Below, piece after piece: positions 9,211 to 19,760 of a DNA stretch of 64,000 nt. The notes beneath the pieces were generated by a model. It was not told where the DNA came from and searched no databases. It saw only the letters and a program-made list of their open reading frames with translations. How positions within the stretch are numbered: the first letter of the stretch is position 1; every line of letters starts with the position of its first letter. The stretch covers positions 62,001-126,000 of IMG/VR virus record IMGVR_UViG_3300028045_000001; one strand, 5' to 3'. A program made the position numbers and the translations under genes.

Positions 9211-10428
9211 ATGTATGATGATCTTTGCACTACGTCCACACAAGGGACACCAGATGAAAAGCATGCTAGCGTTTATTTGCAAAAATTACTAAATTCTGGT
9301 TGGACGCAGGTAAAAGAGTCAGAGGTACAGAAACATTATGTGCAGAGTAAGTGGATCTGCGGCGTACTGGTAGTGAATACTTCAATGACCCCAATTTTAA
9401 TAGTAGGTAAAGATGGGGATAAAAGGATAGTATCCCCTTACTACGATAAAGCACGCAATGTGGTCGATATATACAAACCGATAGGTGAAGCAAGTGGATC
9501 CTTTTGGAAAGAGAAATTTGGTATCTCACATAATCCCGCCTACCCAAAATACAATACCTGTGTCACATGGTTAAAGAAAACAATACCGGTGCACAGTATC
9601 AAACTAAGTGTAAATAAAAATAATTTTTATTTATGTAATGACCAAGGCTTGCCATCGATGATCATTGCAACTGATACATCGGAGGAAAACTTCAATACTC
9701 TAACTTATCCAGAAAAAGGGATGGATATAGATACTATTGTGAAGCACTGCGGCACTGAATTAAATGCGTTATTCAAGAATAGATTACCAAAAATAGTCGT
9801 AAATGATCCATGTAGTAAATTAAAGAATATAGACGTATATTTTGCATTGGACACATTCATACTTCCTGTAGAGGTTGTATGTAACATAGGACAAATCGAG
9901 TCCATAACATTGGTTGGAGTTGGACACTGTGGTGCAGTTAAGATCTTATTCAAGGCAGAGGACACTGATGTTTTAGAAAGACTTTATAATGAACGACATG
10001 AAGCTATATTAGTACAGTCAGATATCGATGTGCCTCCAAGAGAAATACACATGTCTGGCAGCGTAGTCGCATTGGAGCAAGTTATAGAGGATAATCGACG
10101 CGCATTAAATACTGCGGATGTGGTGACCGAAGAACTACAAAAAATAAAAATGGAGAACGATGAGCTGGTAGGGGAAAAAGAAAAATTAAACGATCAATAT
10201 GTAAAAGTTAAAATAGAAAATAGGAGTATGAAAGATAAACTCAGTGTCGAAGCTGAGAAAGAAGCCAAGGCTAAACGAGAATATGAAAGAAGATCCAGAG
10301 AAGAGACTTTGAAAGGAGAAAAAATAAAACATAAGACGTCAATAATGGGAATGATAAAAACTATAGTTGGTGCCATACTAACACTGGCGTCATCCATATT
10401 GTTGTGGAAAGTAAAATATGGCAAATGA
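9211..10428 (+). CDS. Hypothetical protein with C-terminal coiled coil and hydrophobic tail (405 aa)
   Basis: AAGGAG RBS; E/K-rich heptads then IVGAILTLASSILLW at the C-terminus. Confidence 0.8.
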   Translation: MYDDLCTTSTQGTPDEKHASVYLQKLLNSGWTQVKESEVQKHYVQSKWICGVLVVNTSMTPILIVGKDGDKRIVSPYYDKARNVVDIYKPIGEASGSFWKEKFGISHNPAYPKYNTCVTWLKKTIPVHSIKLSVNKNNFYLCNDQGLPSMIIATDTSEENFNTLTYPEKGMDIDTIVKHCGTELNALFKNRLPKIVVNDPCSKLKNIDVYFALDTFILPVEVVCNIGQIESITLVGVGHCGAVKILFKAEDTDVLERLYNERHEAILVQSDIDVPPREIHMSGSVVALEQVIEDNRRALNTADVVTEELQKIKMENDELVGEKEKLNDQYVKVKIENRSMKDKLSVEAEKEAKAKREYERRSREETLKGEKIKHKTSIMGMIKTIVGAILTLASSILLWKVKYGK

Positions 10429-10616
10429 TTAACGACACAGCGATGTGTTTAGACGACCCGTCATTATAAAATATGTAGTCACACTCATTGTATGGGCTCT
10501 ATCCGCTTCTTTGGAGATGAGAGCTGCTTTACTTGATCACTCGGTAGTTGCGATACAAGAGAGGAGAGGGTGCGTAGGGTATAATAGCACGGTTAGCTAA
10601 AGGAGGCACGAAAAAT

Positions 10617-12128
10617 ATGGCAAAGTGGGATGTGGTTTTTAGTAACGTGTCAGACAAGTTACCTAAATTTAATGACAAGCTATTGTTAGATTTTAGGAAT
10701 GACTCTGTCGATCAGGCTATAAATTATTTGGAATATTTATTCCAAGAAAGCTTGAAGACATTCGAAGGAAGAGTGACGTTTAAACAGCATTATATTCTAA
10801 GTCCAGAAGAGCAAGTCAAGCATGAATTCAAAACCAAACCTCCATGGAAAATAGAGGTGAAGCCCTCCGAATGGAGACTAGTCAGGTTTGATTTTGAATT
10901 CAACTCGGAGATATACTCTTCGTACCTATATGTGCCACATTTAGTCAATGGGAAGCATTTCGTACTTAATGGCTTGGAATTATATCCTATATTTGGATTA
11001 ATAGAAAAAGGCATACACAGGGCACCGAAGGGAATTGTTATCAAAGTTCTTAGGGCATGGATATCTGCTAACAGATCGGCACACATAAAGTTAGTGGATA
11101 TGTTCGAAAAACATGTTAGTCTTGAGAACAGCGTAGTCTGTAAAGTTCACCATAGGAAGAAGATGGATCCACCACCGATATTCCTGTTTCATTTAATTCG
11201 ACAGGGGTTCTACGGGGCCTTTCAAAGGGTGGGATTTGAAACTGGACAGATAGATGTTGTTGATGTCGCAGTAGAAAATGATGATGAATTTTTGTACTTT
11301 CTACTAAGAAAGGATGTCTATTTAAAAGTTCATAAATCATTTAAAACTAACCTTCGATTAAAGAGATCTGTGGTAGCATTTATTGAGATAACAAAGAGAG
11401 GAAAGAAGCGATTTCTAATTGAGGACTTACTACATCCACATGGTGATTATTACAAAGTATGTATGGGGAGGTATATATTCAAAGTGGGCAGTGAGCCATT
11501 ATTGTGTAGCAATATAATAGACCACATGAGCAGCTTGGAGCAATTTATTGATCCGAAAGCAATAATGCAATTGTCTAAAGTAGATATATATGCAAAGGAT
11601 ATATATGAGTTGTTTGAAATCATCGAGTTAAAGATAGATGAGTGGCTGGTACACTATAAGCCAACAGATATGTTTCAAAAGCGATTGGGCGCAATGGATG
11701 AGTTACAAACGTCATTCATCCAGGAGATTTTTAATAGTGCGTATGATATCGGAAATAAGAAAAATAGAGTACTGACCCCCGACGTAGTTAAAGCATTCAC
11801 GAAGAAGATTCCATCCGGGAGTATAGTGCATCATATGCGCGGCAATAAGATGTTACAAATGCCACAAAAATATAACTCTAACTGGCTCATTACCATAGGG
11901 GCAAAGCAAATAAGATCTATTGATAACATAGAGAAGCGATCGGCTCCGAATAAGTCCAGAAGAATATCGGACTACCTTGTTCTCGCAGATGAAAGTGTCC
12001 CAGTTGTTGAGACAATGTTGACTTACCCTACATCAGCCCCATGTACGTCCGGAAATATAAATCCATTTATAGAAGTGGATTCTACCGGTGGTATAATTGA
12101 ACCGGATTATGCAAAAGTAGACAAGTGA
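10617..12128 (+). CDS. Non-virion RNA polymerase beta N-terminal subunit (phiKZ gp123-like)
   Basis: LPKFNDKLL..YLEYLFQ, FEFNSEIYSSYLYVP, C-terminal NPFIEVDSTG pattern and ~500-aa length as in the gp123 family; AAGGAGG RBS. Confidence 0.72.
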   Translation: MAKWDVVFSNVSDKLPKFNDKLLLDFRNDSVDQAINYLEYLFQESLKTFEGRVTFKQHYILSPEEQVKHEFKTKPPWKIEVKPSEWRLVRFDFEFNSEIYSSYLYVPHLVNGKHFVLNGLELYPIFGLIEKGIHRAPKGIVIKVLRAWISANRSAHIKLVDMFEKHVSLENSVVCKVHHRKKMDPPPIFLFHLIRQGFYGAFQRVGFETGQIDVVDVAVENDDEFLYFLLRKDVYLKVHKSFKTNLRLKRSVVAFIEITKRGKKRFLIEDLLHPHGDYYKVCMGRYIFKVGSEPLLCSNIIDHMSSLEQFIDPKAIMQLSKVDIYAKDIYELFEIIELKIDEWLVHYKPTDMFQKRLGAMDELQTSFIQEIFNSAYDIGNKKNRVLTPDVVKAFTKKIPSGSIVHHMRGNKMLQMPQKYNSNWLITIGAKQIRSIDNIEKRSAPNKSRRISDYLVLADESVPVVETMLTYPTSAPCTSGNINPFIEVDSTGGIIEPDYAKVDK

Positions 12129-12138
12129 GGTGAACCAC

Positions 12139-14025
12139 ATGATAGGCACGCATAACGCATACAATCAAGCGCAACAAATTACTACAATACAGGCTATACA
12201 TGGGGATGAGCGGGTAACGCTTCCAAATGGCAGTATTATTACAATCCCATACGGGTATGAGTTGTTACTTTCAAATGAAAGGCCCATTTTAAATACTGCT
12301 GGCAATCCAACCATACAGCCGATCAGTACTAATAATTTTCATACCAACACGTCCAACTGGCAGCCACGTAATGGAGGAATGGTGCACCGGCATAACCAAG
12401 ATGTTTATTATAGTGCCATGCAATCCTTATGTAATGCAATAAGAACGGATGGCGACATTAGTGAGGATGAGTACAAGTTCTTTTGTGAGAATATGAACGT
12501 TATCGCAAGGAAGTATCATATGTGGGTAGAGCAATTCCCACAAGCAGCCGAGAATCATCTCATACAAGCAAGGTTGAAGATAGTTGAAAATATATTGGCG
12601 CAGTATCGCGAACAACGAAATAGAAACGGACTTGGTTCAGGCATAACATTGGAGGATTTCGAAGTAGAGGTTTACGATCGAGATATGTATGTTATAGAAA
12701 GTAATGTATCCTTTGCGAGTCCGAAGTCAAGCAAACCTACTGTTCGTAGGCCAAGTAGTTTATCCGACGCCGGTTTGCTTGCGGCTCCGGAGTATACACG
12801 CAAGTCATTATTAAGTACCCCGGAATCACCTGAAGTCGACAACGTTTTTGGATATGGGAATGCATGTAAGGTAATAGAAAGGCAGGAATCGATTATTGAT
12901 GAGGCTGATGCGTTCAGGTATTACTCTGGAGACGAGCCGCTTGCGTTTGATAATCCGTTCAAGCCAAAAATAGAAGTGGAATTAGATCAAGGTAATATTA
13001 AACAAGAAGACGACTCACTTCATTTCAATCTAAGTTATAAATTAGTAGGGAGGAAGGATACAATGAACAGTATGGCAGATGCACTGAAAAAGGCCATGGA
13101 AGAGAAAGTAGAATCCCCTGAGATAGCCCCATTATCTTGGGACAAAGTGACAGGTGAGATGATCGAGCAGGATACAATCCGTTTCGAAAAACTCCGAGAA
13201 TCTAACGACATCTCTACATTCTTAGCGAAGAGTCACAGTCGTGTCCAATCAATAGAAAGTATTAATGAGTTAATTAAGGTACCTCCGTTTTATGATGCAC
13301 ATGGATTTGTAAACGAAGCATCCGGATACATCATTGAATGCACGTCCGAAAAAGTGAAGCGCTTACCCATCCCATATTCAGCGTTTCGTGATTTTAAGGA
13401 GTCCAACGAGGCATTTATGTCTGATGGGTTTCTTAAAGCATGGGATGCGTATATAGTTAATAGAGGCAATGAGCTCCTATATCATTTGACACTTGGTGAC
13501 ACGTTTCCTTCAGCGGAAAGCTCAGTGGATTTTGTAGATTTTGCTAAGGAACACAAGGATTGGCTAGTAAAACATAAAGCTAACGCGAGGTATTACGATA
13601 TACTAAGCCAAATTAGGGACATTCCGAATTTTGTTGTCACCGACCCAGAAGAAATAGTAATGTCAGACATTATGTGTCCATCTGGTGTGGCGTGGTCGTT
13701 TGGAGAGTTTATAAAACCCGATGGGGATAAGGAGAAGCAAGGAGAGACTATTCTTAGAGCCATATGTAAAAATAATATATTTGTAAAAGAACCATGCGTT
13801 TATATAAATACCAATTTGTTGTTTGAAGGTATGACGCAATACGGAGAGTTTTCTGTTACTCAAATACAAGATGAGTTATTTGATGTCATCAGTAACAGCA
13901 TGACAATGAAGTGTCCTCTGATACTTATAACCTTTCCAAGAAAGTCAGGATGTAAGCGGTATAAGGTAACTATCCCACTTAGTGCTACATTTCGCAATAA
14001 AATAAAATTTATTCCAGATGTATAG
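12139..14025 (+). CDS. Hypothetical protein (~628 aa) coupled to nvRNAP subunit gene
   Basis: ORF track 12130..14025; GAGGTG RBS overlapping upstream stop then ATG 12139. Confidence 0.8.
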   Translation: MIGTHNAYNQAQQITTIQAIHGDERVTLPNGSIITIPYGYELLLSNERPILNTAGNPTIQPISTNNFHTNTSNWQPRNGGMVHRHNQDVYYSAMQSLCNAIRTDGDISEDEYKFFCENMNVIARKYHMWVEQFPQAAENHLIQARLKIVENILAQYREQRNRNGLGSGITLEDFEVEVYDRDMYVIESNVSFASPKSSKPTVRRPSSLSDAGLLAAPEYTRKSLLSTPESPEVDNVFGYGNACKVIERQESIIDEADAFRYYSGDEPLAFDNPFKPKIEVELDQGNIKQEDDSLHFNLSYKLVGRKDTMNSMADALKKAMEEKVESPEIAPLSWDKVTGEMIEQDTIRFEKLRESNDISTFLAKSHSRVQSIESINELIKVPPFYDAHGFVNEASGYIIECTSEKVKRLPIPYSAFRDFKESNEAFMSDGFLKAWDAYIVNRGNELLYHLTLGDTFPSAESSVDFVDFAKEHKDWLVKHKANARYYDILSQIRDIPNFVVTDPEEIVMSDIMCPSGVAWSFGEFIKPDGDKEKQGETILRAICKNNIFVKEPCVYINTNLLFEGMTQYGEFSVTQIQDELFDVISNSMTMKCPLILITFPRKSGCKRYKVTIPLSATFRNKIKFIPDV

Positions 14026-14031
14026 GTGAGT

Positions 14032-14065
14032 TTTACAAGGGTCGACATATGTCGACCCTTGTAAA
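14032..14065. terminator. Perfect 34-bp loopless palindrome (centre CATATG) between convergent genes
   Basis: TTTACAAGGGTCGACAT|ATGTCGACCCTTGTAAA followed by a T-rich tract on +. Confidence 0.85.
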
Positions 14066-14082
14066 TTTATTTTTTTTTACTA

Positions 14083-14907
14083 TCATCCAATTATTAATGA
14101 CTTATGGCTACCTATGCTAACCTTCCTTGCTTCTACAGCCTCCATAGTATTTAGTGGTATGCTCTGACAACAAGTTTTATTGACTAACTTAGTATCTAAC
14201 AATTCTGTGTATTCTATAGTCGAGGGGGTGGCAGTAAGGCCAATTACTGTTTTTTCTATACCCGAGTATATTCCGAACTCAGATATTTTGCATTTTCTGA
14301 GATCATTGAACATTATGTTTATAACCTCCAGTACCTCCGCCCCGGTAACCCTAAGGATGCAATCAAACTTAGCATTGATTGTTTCCGTCAGAGCAACGCC
14401 ACCTGAGGAGGGGGCCTTGGTTGGCTCAGGGTATAACTGTACTGGATCAATAGTGAACGGTACCGTTGATCCATCTGAAGTTGTTTTTGAAAGAGTCACA
14501 ACATTACTCTTCTCTATAAGTTTCAGCCAATAAAGAAAGTATTCGATCCCGTTAATATTGCGCTTTTCCCTTAGACGATACATGGCCCGTTCGCTTGAAA
14601 TGAGGTCCTCATCAACTGGAACAATCCTGAATGGTATGGGGGTATATAGATCAAGCTCATCCGCACTTGGATCGTACGCTTCGCTTCCTTGATCAGTGTC
14701 AATATTATACTCACCTTCGATGCCTATACCAAAGGCGTGTATAGTTGGATAACCAACAGGAACTTCCTCATCTTCAGCAATCGAATACTTTTTATTTAAA
14801 GTTATATTAGGATTTGGGATGTACGTCATACCAAGTTGATTGAATAATGAATCTTTAAGCCCGGCTATTGTATTGACACTCCTTGATACTTTTAATAAAT
14901 TGTTCAT
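14083..14907 (-). CDS. phiKZ-like virion structural protein (274 aa)
   Basis: FGIGIEG...IPFRIVP.DEDL...ER..YRLR..RNINGIEYFLYWLK pattern recalled from phiKZ-like structural genes next to the portal. Confidence 0.6.
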   Translation of the reverse strand: MNNLLKVSRSVNTIAGLKDSLFNQLGMTYIPNPNITLNKKYSIAEDEEVPVGYPTIHAFGIGIEGEYNIDTDQGSEAYDPSADELDLYTPIPFRIVPVDEDLISSERAMYRLREKRNINGIEYFLYWLKLIEKSNVVTLSKTTSDGSTVPFTIDPVQLYPEPTKAPSSGGVALTETINAKFDCILRVTGAEVLEVINIMFNDLRKCKISEFGIYSGIEKTVIGLTATPSTIEYTELLDTKLVNKTCCQSIPLNTMEAVEARKVSIGSHKSLIIG

Positions 14908-14917
14908 CTTGTTCTCC

Positions 14918-17083
14918 TCAAGTTAAATCCGAAAAGTCGTAAGTGAATTTCATGTCTAACTCGTAATTAATATTAGTTTGATTATCAACTGCAGAGCTTA
15001 TTGTTAGCTCTTCAGATAAGTCTACTTTGCCCTCAGACGCATGTTTCACACAGCTCACAATGTCGATGTTCAAGCTTACTGGCTTTTGTCTGTCAGTGCG
15101 ACTTACATCTGAATCTATCTTTAACATAGATTGTATTAGATTGGCATTAGATGAATGGTTGACTCCTTTATTGGTATATTTTTTATTAAGTAATGTTAGC
15201 CAACGGCTCTCATTGTACGGCCTATCTAAAATACAAATATTATAGCTACTAAGATAGGTTAGTAATTCTTTAAGGCCCACTAAATTAATGGACTGATCTT
15301 CATTTATGTTCCCATACTTTGCAAACAATCTCGGATCTAAACTAAATGAGGATTGACTTATAGCTGATGCCAACAGGGACCATTTAGTATGCTCATTTAC
15401 ATTTGAGCTATCAACCGCAGTGACTAATTTAAAAATATTGTCACGTAATATGAACCATTCGTTATATGTAGTGTACCCTGGAATAAGCTCAACTACGCTG
15501 TACTCATTATTAAATAATTGCTCGAACAAACGATTGGCCGCTTCTACGGCGATGCCATCGGCAGTTTTACAGATGAAGTTAAAGTACCCATGTAGCACGC
15601 TTACTTGACACAGCATCAATTCTTCAAAATCTTCATTAGTCTCACATACTTGTGATACTGTGGATAACTTAGATAATATAGATTCAACATCAATATAGTC
15701 TGTTATTTTGTATGCGGCACCGTCGTAATCAAAATTCAAATTTATATCTGCAACTAAGGTTGGAAGAGGAATTTTGAATACGCGCGGGCTACTATATACA
15801 GTCGGTATAGTGGTCGGTTCTTCTATGCCATCCATCCTCCGCATACAGTAATGTAGCAACGCCAACGATTCGGAACTACTTAATACTATATCCGCTACAT
15901 ATGTATTCTCCAATACAGATATTTTATTGGCTTCCGCCTTGCTCACTAGATATAAGTATGAGCTAATTATGAATGTCCTCATGATCTCATTAAAATCATT
16001 CGTAACATTCTCATTGGACAATTCTATAAACTTAGTTGGTATACAAGCAGTAGGTTGAATCGATAACAATTCAGTTTGCTTATTAATGAATTGAGCATCG
16101 ACTATTGGCTCTGTATTCGGATGACTACTGAGAAAGTATTCGAACGTTTTAAGAGAAGAGATTTTACCTGGTTCAATATGTGTGTTCTGCATAGTTGAAT
16201 CACTGTAGTGCTCGGTCACAATTTTCGGAGTTAGCCGTAGCGTCTCAGTAGAATTTTCTTTGCTTAGATAGATAGTTTTATTATCTATAGCCCCACCTAT
16301 CTCGGTAAATAATCTACTAATTAGGGTATCAAAATTAGATTGCTTCCCTCTGTTCTTTAAAAGGTAATCAATATTTTGATACAGGAATAAGGATTGTTTG
16401 TGGGTTAAAGCGGAAGTATATTTGCCCAATCCTTTGGAAGAAAGATATTCGAAAATATGGTACGAATGAACCTCACTGGTTCTTATGTTCCTATTACGTT
16501 GTAGCAACAGTGAAAGACTTAGATGATACCAAGTAGTTGCCCAGAACACGATTGGGTAGAATGCCTCATAGTTAAACTCCTTCAAGTACCACCGCTCTTT
16601 AAGCATCGATAGGGTATCTTTCATGCATTTAACAAGGCTATCCACTTCCTGCGATTCGAGTATGGTTGAGTCATAATTTAATACTTCAAAATCATCCGCA
16701 TCTATTGCACGATCAATGGACTTGACTGGGTAGCGTATGGACTTTATAAGATCGATTTGATCCGGATAAGCTAAACATAATTTTTTATAAAAATCACTAG
16801 TGATATTATAAGCTGTCCTTGTTTTATTATGTATGGATAGGTTTTCTTTAGAGTACAATATCCTCGCATGCGTATCTAAAGAGGTTATATACATTGGCTC
16901 ATCTAATAAAGAATATTCTCCTATAAGATTTAAATAGTAAGGGTTTTCTTTATCCTGCAGACTCCCAACATTTAATTCTGTTGAGGTGTTGTCCCTAATG
17001 AGCTCAGCAAAAGTAGTATTTTTTATAGTAACCGTTTGTAAAAAATCGGAGATTTCTTTCAAATAAATACTTGTCCGAATCAT
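14918..17083 (-). CDS. phiKZ-like virion structural protein (gp128-like, ~720 aa)
   Basis: VHSYHIFEYLSSKGLGKY...LTHKQSLFLYQNIDYL..NRGK motif; divergent from portal as in phiKZ; likely start ATG 17083 (ORF track 17134). Confidence 0.65.
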   Translation of the reverse strand: MIRTSIYLKEISDFLQTVTIKNTTFAELIRDNTSTELNVGSLQDKENPYYLNLIGEYSLLDEPMYITSLDTHARILYSKENLSIHNKTRTAYNITSDFYKKLCLAYPDQIDLIKSIRYPVKSIDRAIDADDFEVLNYDSTILESQEVDSLVKCMKDTLSMLKERWYLKEFNYEAFYPIVFWATTWYHLSLSLLLQRNRNIRTSEVHSYHIFEYLSSKGLGKYTSALTHKQSLFLYQNIDYLLKNRGKQSNFDTLISRLFTEIGGAIDNKTIYLSKENSTETLRLTPKIVTEHYSDSTMQNTHIEPGKISSLKTFEYFLSSHPNTEPIVDAQFINKQTELLSIQPTACIPTKFIELSNENVTNDFNEIMRTFIISSYLYLVSKAEANKISVLENTYVADIVLSSSESLALLHYCMRRMDGIEEPTTIPTVYSSPRVFKIPLPTLVADINLNFDYDGAAYKITDYIDVESILSKLSTVSQVCETNEDFEELMLCQVSVLHGYFNFICKTADGIAVEAANRLFEQLFNNEYSVVELIPGYTTYNEWFILRDNIFKLVTAVDSSNVNEHTKWSLLASAISQSSFSLDPRLFAKYGNINEDQSINLVGLKELLTYLSSYNICILDRPYNESRWLTLLNKKYTNKGVNHSSNANLIQSMLKIDSDVSRTDRQKPVSLNIDIVSCVKHASEGKVDLSEELTISSAVDNQTNINYELDMKFTYDFSDLT

Positions 17084-17121
17084 AATTTTAACCCTTTGTG
17101 ATAGTAAGGAGAATTTTAATA

Positions 17122-19704
17122 ATGTCTGATACAAAAAATAATGAGCCTCTCTACATCAAGACACAAAGATTTCTGACAGAGATCTTTGGAGGAAGCGGGA
17201 CTGTGAGCGTCCCAAACAAGCATAGCGATCTAATAAATAGGGATCTACTTTACGGAGCTAGCCTGCATACGAAGGAAGAAATGCTCAGGATCTTGGATCC
17301 AGGTGGACAGGTGGAAAAGAGCGATCATACTGCTAATGATATAACCTCCCTTGTGTCAGATATATTGACATCAAACAGGTCTGTTACAGAAACAAATGAA
17401 GAATTGATTTCTTTATCGCCTGAATTAAAGCAGGCTGGAAAATTGCTTATATCGTCTATATTATCTCCAGATGACTTACAAAATAATTCGTTATCGTTTA
17501 CTCAAGATCACCCACTCCTAACACAGGAGACCAATAACGCTATCTCTGAACTTATATCGGAACACATGTGTAAGACTCGCAATCTTCATAAACTGTTACC
17601 TAAGTGGTTATATAATATTTTACTTGGCTCAGGTGCCACCCCGATAATGGTGTTACCTAATAGTAACAATAGGATATTGGATGACTTGGCCAAGCAGATA
17701 GACATAGTACGAAACAACAACATAGATACTCCGGTGGAGTACAGGGTCAGAGATAGTGTGCTTAGAGATGAGTTGGATTTCAAAAAGAGTTTTTTTCAAG
17801 AGAGTCCAAGTCCATCATTGCGTAGTTTCGGCGGCATCTCATCTCTCCCGAAGCTTGAAGATGCGTATAAAGCCGATATTATAGAAACATTTAAAGATGA
17901 GAAATTATGGGAGGACGCAAATAAAAATATAGTTCCATTATTGAGTGCCCTCGACGATAACGAAGTAGTCATTGTGTCCGATAACTTTCCTGCGATAGGT
18001 AAGGGCAGGAAGAATGTAATCAAAGCTGAAAAAAGAATCAGCGATATTGTAAAGCAACGATTCATCAGTAAGGCTAGAGATATTTATAAGATAGATGATA
18101 ACCTTATGTTGGCCGAAGGCGATCATCCGACCATGCTTCCACTGGATTCGAATACTGTTATACCTGTCGGGGTTCCAGGATCCTCATCGGAGCATGTTGG
18201 CTATTTTGTTACAGTAGATGAGTTGGGTTCTCCTATGGGCGCTTCTGATACAGACAGACGCGGGGCAACAGTGCCAGAACTGAGTAAGACCACCTTTGAC
18301 GTAATGTTCGACGGATCTAAAAGCCTTGCCAAACTATCTGCAGATGATAAAGTAAAATACTCTAAGACAATATTTAATATTGCACTGAAACAAATGATAG
18401 AGAGTAAGCTTACTGACATTGGATTAGCTGGAAGTAAGTTAGAAACTTTTAATAACGTGGCGGGGTTTATTTTTAATAACTTCATTAAAAAGAATAAAGT
18501 TCGATTGGTATTTGTTCCGGCAGAATTGATGGTATATATTGCACTTGATCATCGTCAGGACGGTACAGGTAAGAGCAGGCTGGAGGATGGTGCATCTCTC
18601 ATATTAGCTTTGAAAAATACACTAATCGTTTCAAACATCATGCGAGCTATGTCGAATGCCATGCCACAAAAAACTATATCAGTGGATGTGCCGGATGACG
18701 TAATTAACATCCCTGCCTTATTTGAAGATATATACAATATACATTCACAGAAGAAGACATTCAATGGCGTCACTAATCCGATAGCGATCTCCAAAGGAAT
18801 AGTGGACCAGCACCTGACTATAGTCCCTAAGAACCTCAAAGGGCTAGAGGGTCTGGAGAATATGGAGGAGGCAATGAAGTCCACCTCGAGTGGCGACGAC
18901 AACGATAATCTAATTGAGAGGTTCGATAGGCAGTCCTGTATTAGCATAGGGCTACCGCATCACACACTGGGTAAATTAAACGAGTCTGATTTTGCGACAT
19001 CGATCACCTCTAACAATCTATTATTCTCAGCCTCAGTTAGGACTGATCAAAAGACAGTGACAGATCACCTTACACGGCTGGCTCAATTGGAGCTCACTTA
19101 TTCTGAACCACTACAGCGCAATATCGTCAGTATAATCAAAAAGGATAGTAAGTTTGTAAAGGATTTGGCGAAAGAAGGTAAGAAGACGTTGAAGCAAGAT
19201 GAAGAGTCGGCCGACAAGGGAATATATGGCCTCTCTAATCTGGCAAATGACAATGGGTCTATGGAAGGAGTTCCAGATAAGATCATTACCATATTGAAAT
19301 CAATCATAAGTGGCCTATACGCTACATTACCGGCACCAAATAATGTAGTCGACAATGCCCGATTTGAAGAGCTCCAGAAATTTATCGATATTGCTGATAA
19401 ATTGGCAGATAAGATATGTAGCCCAGAATTATTGGCCAAGGAAGATCGAGAGGACGAGCGGGTCTTGATGGCGGCAAAGGCGCAGATCGTTAAAAATATT
19501 GTACAAAAATTTATAGCAGAGCAAGGTTTCGGTGGAGTATTCGAGGCAGATATCAAACGTGACTTTGATGTCACCGATGTAGCATCGTTGGCACTATTCG
19601 TTAAGAATGTCAGGGCTTCAGTCGATGATCCTGCTAGGATAATAGCCGAGAAGCGTAAAGCTGCTGGAGGAGACGAAGGTGGTGGTGGAGGCAATAACTG
19701 GTAA
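17122..19704 (+). CDS. Portal protein (phiKZ gp129-like)
   Basis: ~860 aa; QAGKLLISSILSPDDL, VIPVGVPG...HVGYFVTVDELG, FVPAELMVYIA.D...DGTGKS.LE patterns; AAGGAG RBS before ATG 17122. Confidence 0.75.
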   Translation: MSDTKNNEPLYIKTQRFLTEIFGGSGTVSVPNKHSDLINRDLLYGASLHTKEEMLRILDPGGQVEKSDHTANDITSLVSDILTSNRSVTETNEELISLSPELKQAGKLLISSILSPDDLQNNSLSFTQDHPLLTQETNNAISELISEHMCKTRNLHKLLPKWLYNILLGSGATPIMVLPNSNNRILDDLAKQIDIVRNNNIDTPVEYRVRDSVLRDELDFKKSFFQESPSPSLRSFGGISSLPKLEDAYKADIIETFKDEKLWEDANKNIVPLLSALDDNEVVIVSDNFPAIGKGRKNVIKAEKRISDIVKQRFISKARDIYKIDDNLMLAEGDHPTMLPLDSNTVIPVGVPGSSSEHVGYFVTVDELGSPMGASDTDRRGATVPELSKTTFDVMFDGSKSLAKLSADDKVKYSKTIFNIALKQMIESKLTDIGLAGSKLETFNNVAGFIFNNFIKKNKVRLVFVPAELMVYIALDHRQDGTGKSRLEDGASLILALKNTLIVSNIMRAMSNAMPQKTISVDVPDDVINIPALFEDIYNIHSQKKTFNGVTNPIAISKGIVDQHLTIVPKNLKGLEGLENMEEAMKSTSSGDDNDNLIERFDRQSCISIGLPHHTLGKLNESDFATSITSNNLLFSASVRTDQKTVTDHLTRLAQLELTYSEPLQRNIVSIIKKDSKFVKDLAKEGKKTLKQDEESADKGIYGLSNLANDNGSMEGVPDKIITILKSIISGLYATLPAPNNVVDNARFEELQKFIDIADKLADKICSPELLAKEDREDERVLMAAKAQIVKNIVQKFIAEQGFGGVFEADIKRDFDVTDVASLALFVKNVRASVDDPARIIAEKRKAAGGDEGGGGGNNW

Positions 19705-19714
19705 AATGTAATAC

Positions 19715-19748
19715 ATACATACCTCTCCTACGTAGGAGAGGTATGTAT
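19715..19748. terminator. Perfect 34-bp loopless palindrome (centre TACGTA) between convergent portal and tail tube genes
   Basis: ATACATACCTCTCCTAC|GTAGGAGAGGTATGTAT. Confidence 0.85.
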
Positions 19749-19760
19749 AAAATTTACAAT

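Noticed and set aside
10429-10616. tRNA or other structured RNA in intergenic gaps (also 41275-41900, 44480-44794)
   Set aside because: No T-loop GTTCRA or cloverleaf pattern found by eye; tRNAscan/Infernal would be needed to exclude fully
14180-14533. Many antisense or overlapping ORFs in the six-frame track (e.g. 14180+, 19924+, 19098-, 30842-, 35005-, 42627+, 54832-)
   Set aside because: They lie opposite well-supported genes, lack RBSs and have shadow-ORF composition
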